Notes: generated from the letters alone by a model not told the origin. A DNA stretch of 64,000 nucleotides from Rebecca billardiae RCC1528 (GCA_965240325.2 OZ251255.1:1-64000); one strand, 5' to 3'; positions 26,101-36,450 are shown, counted from the stretch's first letter. A program made the numbers and translations.

Positions 26101-26872
26101 TGCTCAGCCGGTCGTGCTCCGCCGCGAGCGCGCGCGCGCGCCGCGCGAACCGGCGCGCGCCGAGCGCGAGCGCGAGCGTCCACACGACGTCGCCCGCCGC
26201 GGCGGCGAGCGTGACCTGGCGGCAGAGCGCCGAGGCGCAGCCGATGCGCTGGCCGACGGAGGTGAGCGCGAGGTAGTCCGCGGGCGGCTGCAGCTCGGCG
26301 AGCGCGTACCCCGAGCCCGAGCCCTCCGCGCCCGCGCCCGCGCGCGCCGCCGCGGCCGCGGCCGCCGCAAAGCGCAGGTTGAGCGCGAGCGACGGCGCGG
26401 ACGTGAGCGCGCCGAGCGCGCAGAGCAGCAGCAGGAAGCGCAGCAGGTCAAAGTAGAGGCGCACGCCCACGCCGAGCTCCGCGCCCAGCTCCGCCGGCGT
26501 CGAGGCCCACACCTCGAACGGCTCGAGCGCGCCCGCCGCCGTCGGGCGGCGCGGGTGCAACGTCTGCGCGTGCGCGCGCGCCTCGGCGAGCGCCCACGCC
26601 TGCCACGCGCCAAAGTCGGCGGCGGAGCGCAGCGGCGGCTCGCCCGGCTCGGGCGGGAGCTCGTACTCGCCCTCCTCCTCGCCCTCCGCCTCCTGCCCCC
26701 AGCCGTGCGCGGCCTCCTCGTCCTCGTCCGCGCCGCCGCCGGGCGGCCGCAGCACCTCGACGGTGGCGAGCCCCTCGCCCGGCGCGCCGCCGCCGCGCGT
26801 GACGGTGATGGAGCTCGCAAAGCCCACCGCGGGGGGCGTGCCATCGGGCGAGTCGTGCGGCGCCACGCGCAT
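23125..26872 (-). CDS. OSCA/TMEM63/TMC-superfamily multi-pass channel; introns 23480-23567, 23274-23360
   Basis: LGVGVRLYFDLLRFL, AIVTFE, VPEPTDLLWHNL, FDREWFLTLGASLM, GPEFDLA, DRWFLLRAARTPP; about 10 hydrophobic segments. Confidence 0.8.
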
Positions 26873-27070
26873 TGCTGCCGTGCGGACGCCGCCCGCCTCG
26901 AGGAGCGATGAGCGCCGCTGCCTCGCGTGATGTGGTATGGCGTACAGTTTTTAGCCGCCCGCCGTTGTGGACTTGTGGCCCGGCCCGGGTCGCCTCGGGC
27001 CGTAACGGCGAGCCGCCGCGGAGATGCAAATCTTGCAGCACGCGGCGCGCCGGCGCCTCTCGTCGGCACG

Positions 27071-27424
27071 ATGGCGACCACGGCGTACGCGGCCGAGGTG
27101 GTGGGGCGCAGGCTGCTGGTGCGCGCGCGCGCCGCCGCCCTGCGAGACCTGCGCGCGCACGCGCGCGCGCCCACCGCCCGCCCCGCGCCCGCCCCGCGCG
27201 CCCCCGCCGCGCGCGCGCAGGTCTCGCAGGGCGGCGGCGCGTGGGCGGGCGGCAAGGTGCTCGGCTACGACCCGCCCAGCGGGCTGCACGCGGTGCGCCT
27301 CAAGGGGAAGGGCACCGAGCGGCTCAGGCTGGCCGAGGTGAAGCTGCGCTGGCAGTTTGGCAGCGACGACGACGACGACGACGACGAGGAGGAGGAGGAG
27401 GAGGAGGCGGGCGGCGCGCCGGCG

Positions 27425-27467
<43 letters not shown>

Positions 27468-29020
27468 CCGAGGAGGGCGAGGGCGAGGGCGAGGAGGAGG
27501 ACGAGGGCAACGTCGCGTACTGGGAGACCCGCCGCGAGCAGCTCCCCTCCGACGTGTACCTCGGCGACGGCCAGTTCCGCGTCGAGGCCATCGTCGCCGA
27601 CCGCGTGCGCGCCGGGCGCGTGCAGTACCTGATCAAGTGGGAGGGGTACTCGCACGCGGACAACTCCTGGGAGCCGAGGGCCAACGTGGACGAGGCGCTG
27701 TGGCGAGAGTACGAGGCGCGCAAGAAGGCCGCCAAGCGCGGCGGCGGCGCCAAGCCCGACGCGCCCGCCGCCGGGCGCGGCCGGCTCGTCAAGACGGCCG
27801 CGCTGCAGCGCGCGGACGGCGCGGACGGCGCGCCGCGCGCCAAGCGCGCGCGGCAGGCGGACCCGGACGCCGCGCCGCCCTCGCCCTCGTCCTCCTCCTC
27901 CGGCGGGGAGGAGGCGGGTGACGACGAGGGGGCGGCGCACGCGGCGGCGGACGCGGCCGCGGCGGAGCTGGCGGCGGCGCTCACGGGCGCCGCCGCGGCC
28001 GCGCCGCCCGCCAAGCGCGGCCGCGGCCGTCCGCCCGGCAGCACCAAGCCGCCCCTCGTCGCGCCCGCGCCCGAGCGGCCGAGCGCGCTGCCGGAGGACG
28101 AGCCCGCCGGGTGCGCGCGCGCGCGCGCGCCCGCCCGCCCCACCGCACGCCCTCACCGCGCGCACCGCCGCCGCGCGCGCTGCTGCCGCGCGCCTCGCAG
28201 GCTGCAGGCTCTGGCGGCCGAGCGCGTGCAGGTGCGCGGCGTGGAGCTGGCGCAGAGGGCGGCGGAGGTGGTGCGGCGCAAGGGCGGCGCGCCGCCCGTT
28301 GTCGCGAGCGCGGCCGCGGCGGGCGGCGCGCCGCCCGCGCCGAGGCCGCCGCCGCCGCCGCCGCCGCCCGCGGCGGCCGCGGCCGGCCCCCCGCTGAGCG
28401 CCGCGCAGCGCGCGCGGCAGGCGGCGCGCGAGGAGCGCAGGCGCGCACTCGCGACGCAGGAGGCGGCGGAGGCGAAGGAGCGGCGCGTGGCGGCGGCGGC
28501 GGCGAAGAAGAAGGCGCGCGCTGCGCCGATGGCCGCGCCGCGCGCGCCGCCGATGCTCGCGGGCGCGCCCAAGGGCGGCGGCGGCGGCGGTCTGCCCATC
28601 GGCGGCCGCGCCGCCGCCGCCGCGGCCGCCGCGGCCGCGCGGCCGCCGCCGGCCGCGGCGCGCCCGCGCCCCGCCGGCGCGGCGGGCGGGAGCGGCGGCG
28701 CGCCCAAGCCGGCCGGCGGCGGCGCTGGCAGCAGCAGCACGTTCCGGATCCCGAAGAAGGGCGCCGCCCCCAAGCCCTCGCCCTCGCCGCCGCCCAAGGG
28801 CGCGCCGCCGCCGCCGCCGCCGCCGCCCGGCCCGCCGCCCGGCCCGCCGCCGAGGCCGCGGGAGCCGCCTTCGCCGCCCTCGCCCGCAGCGCCGCCCACG
28901 CCGCCCGCCGCGGGCCGCAGCGGCACGGGCGGCGGCGGCGGCAGCGCGGGCGCCAGCAGCGCAGCCGGCGGCGCGAGCGACCCGCAGGGCGCGCTCTTCG
29001 AGCGGCTGCGCGCCACCTAT

Positions 29021-29061
<41 letters not shown>

Positions 29062-29493
29062 GCAGCCCGAGGCGGAGGCGTGCGCACAGGTGCGGCGCGG
29101 CTGCGCGCGCGCACGCCGCCGCCGCCCGGCCGCACGCCGCGCGCGCGCGCGGCGCTCACGCGCGCGCCGCGCCCGCCGCCTCGCCGCGCGCGCGCGCAGG
29201 CGGCCGCCGACGCGGACGGCGGCGGGCGGCTGGGCGGCGCGCTCGGCGCGCTCGCCGGCGGCGCGCTCGGCTCGGCGCTCGGCGTGGGCGTGGGCGCGCT
29301 CGGCAGCGGGCTGGGCGCGCTGGGCGCCGGGCCCGTCAGCTTCCCCGGCTTTGGCCTCGGGCTCGGCGGCGTGGCGGCCGCGGGCAGCAAGCCCGCCGCC
29401 GACGCGTCGGCGTCAGCGGGCGGGGCCGATCGCGCGGGTGGCGGCGCCGCTGACGCCGCGCTGGCGGGCGCCGAGCCGGGCGACGATGACTAG
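27071..29493 (+). CDS. Chromodomain protein with N-terminal Tudor-like domain, acidic tract and AT-hook; introns 27119-27220, 28111-28200, 29090-29199
   Basis: FRVEAIVADRVRAGRVQYLIKWEGYSHADNSWEP is a chromodomain; VVGRRLL..WAGGKVLGYDPPSGLHAV is Tudor-like; KRGRGRPPGS is an AT-hook. Confidence 0.88.
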
Positions 29494-29885
29494 CTGATTA
29501 CATTCGGATCGCGCGTCAGTTGTGTGACCTTGAATTCGGATGCTTAAATGTTTCGGACGCGGAAAGGCTCGGGCGCTGAAAGCGCCCGAGCCCACCCTTG
29601 AGGTCCGGAGGCGCACACCGTACCCGCTTGCCGTGCTTGATATAAAAGTTTCACGGCCGACCCGCGTTCTCCCGCATACAATCGCATCAAACATGAGACG
29701 GCTTAGAATAGTGAGTAGGCATCTCCCACAATCTCGGGAATCTAGAACGGCGCGGGGGTATCTCAGCGTACTGCAAGGTATCTTCGTACGCTGAAACATT
29801 CGTGCTCTCAAATGGTCAGCCATGTGTTTCGGCGACGACGAATCGCGCCGCGACTTAGGCTAGAATTCCCTGCAGTTCAGACTAC

Positions 29886-29994
29886 CGAATGTGCTTTCTG
29901 ATTGGTTGGAGGGTAGTTCGCCCGCCCGAATCTTGCAGTCGAATGTGCTTTCTGATTGGTTGGAGGGTAGTTTCGCCCGCCCGAATCTTGTAGT
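29886..29994. repeat. Two-copy 54-bp direct repeat containing ATTGG (CCAAT box on - strand)
   Basis: CGAATGTGCTTTCTGATTGGTTGGAGGGTAGTT... at 29886 and 29940. Confidence 0.9.
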
Positions 29995-30407
29995 TATGTT
30001 TGTCCGTGCGAGCTGCGTGGCCACAACAAGGCCGACTCGCGTCGCGGTAAAAGTTGAAGTTCGGTGTCGCTCGGCGCTCGCCAACGTGCTCCGCTCCGCA
30101 CGCCACGGCCTTCGCCCCTGCGTCCGCGTCCCGGTGCCGCAGGCGGCCAACGGTCCGACGTGATGCCCACCGTGAGTGGATCACGACGCGTCTGAAACTG
30201 CACTCCTCTCACTACACCTTGACCTGTTCATCACTCGGTCACGACCGTGCACCGTGCGCGTCGGCTGGCGGCCCCGCGGCAGCAGTGAGCTCGCACACCA
30301 GGCGCTCAACGTCACCTCAAGTACATGGGCATCCCGTGTGTTCTCGATTTTCCGTGTAGGCTTGACCCCCAGGGCGTCGCTCTCCCCAAGCGGCGTGTTT
30401 GGATCGG

Positions 30408-30519
30408 CAAACCTTTTGCCATGGTTCTGGAGCCTTTCCGCGGACCGCCATGCCGAATCCGCCATCGTGCGGCCGGTTTGGCGGTCCGGAAAAGGTTTCA
30501 GAACCAGGCAAAAGGTTTG
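30408..30519. repeat. Imperfect inverted repeat, arms about 42 bp, 28-nt loop
   Basis: CAAACCTTTTGCCATGGTTCTGGAGCCTTTCCGCGGACCGCCA versus TGGCGGTCCGGAAAAGGTTTCAGAACCAGGCAAAAGGTTTG. Confidence 0.85.
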
Positions 30520-30784
30520 TTTGGGGATACGACTGCTCAGCATCATGCAGCAGACGACAGTTTACATCATCAGCCAGCAGGCGGCGCGGCCTGCATGAGC
30601 AGTCGCCATCGTCAGTCGTCGTCTCGCCAGCGCACCATCAGTCGAGGATCATCACGTAACCGAGTCATGCGCTGCCCGGTGACATCAAAATGCATGGGCG
30701 GGCGCCGGGTCGTTACGAACGACTCGGAATAACGGTGTCTCGGACTGCTCCGCGTGATAAAGCCGCGCGGCCGAGCGCGCCGCC

Positions 30785-31243
30785 ATGGCGTTGGGCCAGT
30801 GCGTGCAGGTCGCGAATGGCACGCCCTACACGTTCAAGCAGACGTCCGCGCACCAGTACCAGATGAACCAATGGGGCCCTTTCCCGGACGCCATCGCGCC
30901 CGGGGCAGCTCCCGTGACGTACTACGAGTTCGACTTTGGCCAGTTCGACATCGGGTTTGACAAGGACGACGACGGCGCCGACGTGACGTACTCAATCGAC
31001 GGCAGCAAGTCCTTCACGTACCACGCGGGCCCCATGTACAAGCCGGTCGCCGAGCTGGAGGGCTGGGCGGTGACCAACGGTGGCAGCAGCTTTGAAATCC
31101 ACCCGTCGCCCACCATCCCGTGCGCAGGCGACAACATCACGTACTGGCTGAAGATCAACGGCTCGGGCGACGCGCTGAGCATCGTCACGACCAACGTGCC
31201 CCAGCCCGAGAACTTCAAGCCTCGCGGGGGGCCCGTGCCCTGA
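30785..31243 (+). CDS. Intronless 152-aa beta-rich protein, possibly aegerolysin/Cry34-like beta-sandwich
   Basis: GCCATGG start context, strong GC3 codon bias, non-low-complexity sequence; NGTPYTFKQTSAHQYQMNQWGPFPDAIAPG motif. Confidence 0.75.
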   Translation: MALGQCVQVANGTPYTFKQTSAHQYQMNQWGPFPDAIAPGAAPVTYYEFDFGQFDIGFDKDDDGADVTYSIDGSKSFTYHAGPMYKPVAELEGWAVTNGGSSFEIHPSPTIPCAGDNITYWLKINGSGDALSIVTTNVPQPENFKPRGGPVP

Positions 31244-31972
31244 GCCGACCCCTGCGGACGGAACCAGCAACGCCCTTGAGCGAGCGCGCGCCCACCGCCG
31301 CCTCGATCAGCCCGCGCGCGCCGGGCTGGCGCGGTGTCGTCCGCCGGGATTCTGGACGACGGCGACTGCGGCTGCGTCACGCGGCCACATGCGCAGGTCT
31401 GCGGCGCCGGGCATGCAGTATATTGCACGCGCGCCGCGGTGCAGTGCGCCGTCACTTCACGCGAAGACTGGATGAGAGTCGTCGTCGTGAAGATGACGAC
31501 GCTGACCATAGCCGCGGGCCGACGGCTACTGCGTAGCTCGCGGGCAGCCCGGACCGAATGTACTATGTCTCAGTGAGTAGTCGGCCGCACTGGCCGCGGT
31601 TAATGACGACCGAACTCGTCATCAGCGCGCGGGCCGGTGACTTACGCGCGTCAGTACTCCGAACCCGGGCCCGCTCACGCTGGCGGCACGGCGGGCGGCG
31701 ACTGCGTCTTGTACGGCGCGTCAGCTCGGGCATAAGTACGGAAGCAGTCAGATAGTAGCAGTATATAACGACAGTAGTAGCAGTCGATCTGATGACGACT
31801 GTCAAGTGATGATGAGTAGTCTGATAGTGATGATCCGCCGGGGCCCGGGGCCGGGCGGGTCCGGTCTGCATGCTGCCGAGTTGATGACACTCTAATCCGC
31901 AGGACCGGGCGCCACTACTGCCCGGCCGCGTACTAGCCTCCGCTAGTCCGCGGCGCGAGTATCGGTCACTCG

Positions 31973-32391
31973 GATGATAGCTACTCCGGACCGACGACGG
32001 CACACGGCGGGGCAGTCACAGTTTACTAAGAATAAAAGACGCACACAGCTCAGGCAGTACAGTCGAACGATTCGTGTGCGTCGGTCCGGAGTAGTCCGAC
32101 TAGTCCGCGTGCACGGCCACTAGGCGCGTGGCAGCCGCCGGCCCCGGCCGCGCGGTCCGCGCGGACCCGGAGCCGCGCCGTGTGCGGTCGTCGGTCGTAG
32201 CTATCATCTGCTGCCGATACGCTGGCATCTGCTGCCGGCGGGCTGCCGTGTGCCGTCGTCGGTCGTAGCTATCATCCGCGCATGCGCGTGTGCGCGCCGC
32301 GCGGACCGCGCGGCGGGCCGGCGGCTGACGCGCCTTCCACGGACTAGTCGGACTACTCCGGACCCGCACACTCGACTGTGACTGCCCCGCC
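31973..32391. repeat. Nested inverted and direct repeats immediately 3' of the GAPDH stop codon
   Basis: Perfect 25-bp inverted repeat 32083-32107 / 32340-32364; 32-bp direct repeat at 32177 and 32246; reverse-complement matches in 31973-32022. Confidence 0.85.
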
Positions 32392-32397
32392 GCCGCG

Positions 32398-33444
32398 TCA
32401 CGCGCCGCCCAGCCGCGCCACCCTGCGCGCGAGCTCGGCCAGCCGGTTGCTGTACCCCCACTCGTTGTCGTACCAGCAGTACAGCTTGAGCTGCGTGCCG
32501 CCCACGACGAGCGTGGACGAGGCATCGATGATGGTCGAGCGCGCGTCGTTGCAGTAGTCGGCGGCGGTGAGCAGGCGCTCCTCGACGCCGAGGATGCCCT
32601 TGAGCTCGGCGGCGGCCGCCGCCTTCGCCAGCTCGTTGATCTCCTCGCGCGTCACCTCGCGCGCCATCTCGAGCGTGATGTCCGTCATCGACGCGGTCGC
32701 GAGCGGCACGCGCACGGCAAAACCGTTCAGCTTGCCCTTCAGCTCGGGGATCACCTCGCCCACGGCCTTGGCGGAGCCGGTGGTGGTGGGGTAGAAATTG
32801 TTCACCGCGCCGCGCGCGCGCCGCGGCTCCTTCTCCGCGCACCACGGCGCGTCGAGCACGCTCTGCGTGTTGGTGAGGCAGTGGATCGTCGTGATCGAGC
32901 CGTGCCGCACGCCCACGCGCCGGTGGAGCAGGTGGATGACCGGCGCGATGCAGTTGGTCGTGCACGAGGCGGCGGTGACGATGCGGTGCTTCTTCGGCTC
33001 GTAGGCCTGCTCGTTCACGCCGAGCACCACGTTGGGCACGCCCTCGTCCTTCACCGGCGCCGACACGACCACCTTCTTCGCGCCGTTGGCGAAGAAGGGC
33101 TCGAGCTTGGCGGCCGAGTTGTGCGCGCCCGTGCACTCGATGACGACGGTGACGCCGAGCTCCTTGAGCGGCACGTCGGCGGGCGACTTGGCCTGCAGGA
33201 AGCGCACGCGCTTGCCGCCGATCACGACCGCGTCCTTCTCCGCCTTCACCTTGCCCGCCTTCCACGTGCCGTGGTGCGTGTCAAACTCGGTGAGGTACGC
33301 CGCCGTGGCGGCGTCCGCGGCGATCTCGTTGATGGCGACGACGTTGAGCTCGGAGTGGTCGAAGAGCGCGCGCATCGTCAGCCGGCCGATCCGGCCGTAC
33401 CCGTTGATCAGCGCCTTGGGCTTGCCGAGCAGCGAGGGCGCCAT
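32398..33444 (-). CDS. gapdh: ArsJ-associated (bacterial arsenate-resistance type) glyceraldehyde-3-phosphate dehydrogenase, intronless
   Basis: GYGRIGR, HRIVTAASCTTNCIAPV, HGSITTIH, TNTQSVLDAP, PTTTGSAKA, WYDNEWGY. IVTAASC, HGSITTIH, PTTTGSA and 'VVGGTQLKLY' match the ars-operon GAPDH clade as I recall it, not cytosolic GapC. Confidence 0.92.
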   Translation of the reverse strand: MAPSLLGKPKALINGYGRIGRLTMRALFDHSELNVVAINEIAADAATAAYLTEFDTHHGTWKAGKVKAEKDAVVIGGKRVRFLQAKSPADVPLKELGVTVVIECTGAHNSAAKLEPFFANGAKKVVVSAPVKDEGVPNVVLGVNEQAYEPKKHRIVTAASCTTNCIAPVIHLLHRRVGVRHGSITTIHCLTNTQSVLDAPWCAEKEPRRARGAVNNFYPTTTGSAKAVGEVIPELKGKLNGFAVRVPLATASMTDITLEMAREVTREEINELAKAAAAAELKGILGVEERLLTAADYCNDARSTIIDASSTLVVGGTQLKLYCWYDNEWGYSNRLAELARRVARLGGA

Positions 33445-33589
33445 GGCGCACTGAATCCACGCTGATCGCGACGTGGGCGTGCAGATTCGCCGACGGCCAA
33501 GTGTTGACGCTCGGCTTTCTAATTCTCCGTCAAAGCTGCGCCGGAACCCGTAGTTCATCAGCGAGTGCCGGTGCGAACCGGTGTATAGG
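33445..33589. promoter_or_regulatory. Putative bidirectional promoter between gapdh and arsJ (145 bp)
   Basis: Head-to-head ATGs at 33444 (-) and 33590 (+); inference from geometry. Confidence 0.55.
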
Positions 33590-34480
33590 ATGGCGGCGAA
33601 CGCGACGGCGGCGGCGCGGCCGGGCTCAAGCCGTTCGTCGTGATCTCCATCTCGTACCTCCGCTGTACACCGTGACCGACGGCGGCGTGTGCATGGTCGT
33701 GCTGCTGCACGCGTACACCAAGGGCTTCACCGCGATGGAGGTGGCCGTCATGTTCACGCTGTACGAGCTCGCGGGCGTGGTGACGAACATCGCGGCGGGG
33801 ATGCTGGGCGACCGGTGGGGGATCCGGTGGACCCTCCTCGCCGGCCTCACGCTGCAGCTCTGCGGCCTCGCCATGCTGATGGGCTGGCAAGACGGCTGGG
33901 GCCGCGGCACGGCGATCGCGTACGTCACGCTCGCGCAGATGCTGTGCGGCATCGCCAAGGACCTGACCAAGCTCGGGGGCAAGACGGTGACGAAGCTGGT
34001 GACGCCCGACGAGATGCAGTCCCGCCTCTTCAAGCTCGTCGCGCTGCTCACCGGCTGGAAGAACGCGCTCAAGGGCGTGGGCTACTTCCTGGGCGCCGCG
34101 CTGATCGGCGCGCACGACGCGTGGGGGTACCACACCGCGCTCGGCGCCATGCTCGGGCTGGTGGCGCTCGCGTACCCGTGGGCGGCGTTCGGGCTGGACG
34201 CGCGGCTGGGCACCGCCGCCAAGGCCCCCGCCACGCTGCGCCAGATCCTGCTCAACAAGAGCTACACCCTGAACACGCTCTCGCTCGCGCGCACGTTTCT
34301 GTTTGGCTCGCGCGACCTCTGGTTCGAGGTGCCGCTGCCCTTCCCTCTTCCTGCGCGACGGCACGTACGGGCTGGGGCTGCGGCGCGAGGTGGTCGGCGC
34401 GCTCCTCGCGCTGTACATCATCGTGTACGGCCAGATGCAGTCGTACACGCCGCAGCTCGTCTCCGCGCCGCTGCGGCGCC
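33590..34480 (+). pseudogene. arsJ: ArsJ-family MFS organoarsenical (1-arseno-3-phosphoglycerate) exporter, frameshifted and C-terminally truncated as assembled
   Basis: YTVTDGG..MVVLLH, FTLYELAGVVTN, GIAKDLTK, LFKLVALLTGWKNALKGVGYFLG, LSLARTFLFGSRDLWFEVPLP, YGQMQSYTPQL. Frame changes near 33615, 33661 and 34345; homology stops near 34478. Confidence 0.85.
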
Positions 34481-34731
34481 GCGCCGCGCCGCGCCGCGCC
34501 GCGCCGCCGCGCGCCCCCCCCTCTCCCGCCGCGCAGGTCCGAGGTCGCGCCCAGCTGATGAGTCCGGCACGCAGATCCGCGCGATATCGAGATCGAGGGC
34601 GCCGCGCGCTGCGCCGCGCATGCCGCCGCCTAGCAGTAGAGTAGATGACGCGATCGAGAGTAGTAGCAGACGACACATCATATCATCATGTCGTCATATA
34701 TCGTCATCATCGCGTAGTAGTCATCGTCAGA

Positions 34732-36450
34732 TAGGGGGGCCAAAGTGGCACTGTGACGTGACTGACGGCTACGAGCGCTGGTCCTAGCGAGTGTTTAGCG
34801 CTGATTTCGGGCTGGATCATTTGCCCTCTGGAGGGGTCTGGGCCAGCCAAGTAAAAATATCAGGTGCACATACCCTGAATATAGGGCGTAACGGCTAGCA
34901 GATTTACTTATTAGAATGAGCCTGAACTTATTGGAAACGGCATGTAACGGCCGTCTTATATGTGGCATATAGACCATGTCGACCTCACTTTGATAGAGCA
35001 TCTCAGCAAGATTGTTCTGAGTCCCCAGCAGCAGCAGGTCCCAACATGCGATATAGGCTGTGTACCTGGCAGGCTGTCAAACACGTAGTTTCCCGGAAGC
35101 CACTGGTCGTTACATACCCACCGTGTATATAGCCGCCATGCTGATGAATACAGTCTCGTCGGATCTCGAGCTGCGAGATACGTTTTCAGACTGTGTATAC
35201 GGCCATGCGTACGGCGTATTGCAGACATGATGGACTCAAAGCACCGGCCCCATGTCCTCAGCCCGGGAGTACTCTCGGTCATAGTCAAGGTTTAAAGTCA
35301 CTCGAGCCAACCGTCACCGCTCCCTGGCCGAGACCTACGAGGCAGGTCAAATCTGTCGTCGTCGCAGTGCGGCACAGTGCCGAGGCATGCGATTCGGCAG
35401 CAAACGCCTGCTCCAGGTGGTGGCTGGCGTCTCTGCACCAAACCAGGCTGCATAGGATCGGTCCATATAGGTACGCCCTACCCTGTTCCGCGCTATTTCT
35501 GGGCTTTGGGGCGGATATTCGGCCTACAGAGGCTGATCCGGCGCTGTTTCGTGCTCCTGGCTGGCTGCGCGGGGCCCAACGGCAAGCGCCGGCGTGTGCA
35601 AGGTGTCAAGATTGAGACGGTCTCTGACGCTCCCGCCGGTCTTGGGCGCACCAGGGTGCATGGGGGCCCATCTGCATCTGCTTCTGCAGGCATGCGCGTC
35701 ACAGGGGCGCGCTTGCAGGCACGGTCGAGTGCACGTCGGACCTGTCGAATGAGCCATCCGCTGCCTGCGAGCACGTCCGCGACGTCCTGAGAGGCGAACG
35801 GGAGGCGCCCCGACGCCATCTGGGGGCACGTGTGACCCATACCCAACGTGCTGACCATCGCAAGTGCCACGGCAGGTGCAAACACGGGCCCTACGAGCGG
35901 AACATGACAGTTGCGGGCTCCGTGGAGGTGTTGTGCGCGAGCTCGCGCCGGTCTGCTGACGGCGATTCCGGCCCAGCAGGGCAGGTTAGGCGAGCTGGGC
36001 ATCCACGGATACACATGCACACTTGGGGCGAGTATCGATCTCGGCGGGGCGAGTTGATCTTGAGCCACAAGGAGCGGTAGCGTGACGGGCGTACGCAGCG
36101 CGACAATGCAAGCCGGCCGACGCGCGCCGCGCACGGCGCGAGGTGGCCAAGAACCGGGTGGTGAGCCGCTGGTGGCGCAAAAACAAGGGTCAGAAGCGCC
36201 CACCAGCGTCACGCGCGCGCGCGCCCGAGACCATCTCGGCGTCTCATGGGACGCGAGCGCGCGGCGGTCCACTGCCTCCGGCCGCTCGTGCTCGAGCGAA
36301 ACCGAGCTCTGAGCGCCCGAAGGCGTCGGAGCTCGATTTTCGAGCGAGGTCCGAGAAAAGGCTCCGGCGCCACCCCAAAAGGCCGAGGGTGGAGCGAAAA
36401 TGCGCCGCGGCTTTGATTTTCTTTTTCAAATGGGCGGTTTGGCCCCCCTA
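34732..36450. mobile_element. Putative non-autonomous DNA transposon, about 1.7 kb
   Basis: TAGGGGGGCCAAA (34732-34744) and TTTGGCCCCCCTA (36438-36450): 11-bp TIR plus flanking TA, or 13-bp TIR. Interior is lower in GC with no host-type gene. Confidence 0.6.

Noticed and set aside
23372-26911. 1179-aa + strand ORF, and similar giants at 40580-46120, 37946-39370 and 56175-58431
   Set aside because: Antisense shadows of GC3-biased genes on the other strand
33445-33558. N-terminal extension of GAPDH given in the ORF track (start 33558)
   Set aside because: Extension lacks coding-type bias; ATG at 33444 has GCCATGG context and sits just before the Rossmann motif
32398-34480. Bacterial contamination as the source of gapdh-arsJ
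   Set aside because: Divergent rather than operonic layout, host-like codon usage and GCCATGG start context, and host-type flanks; read-level check still advisable
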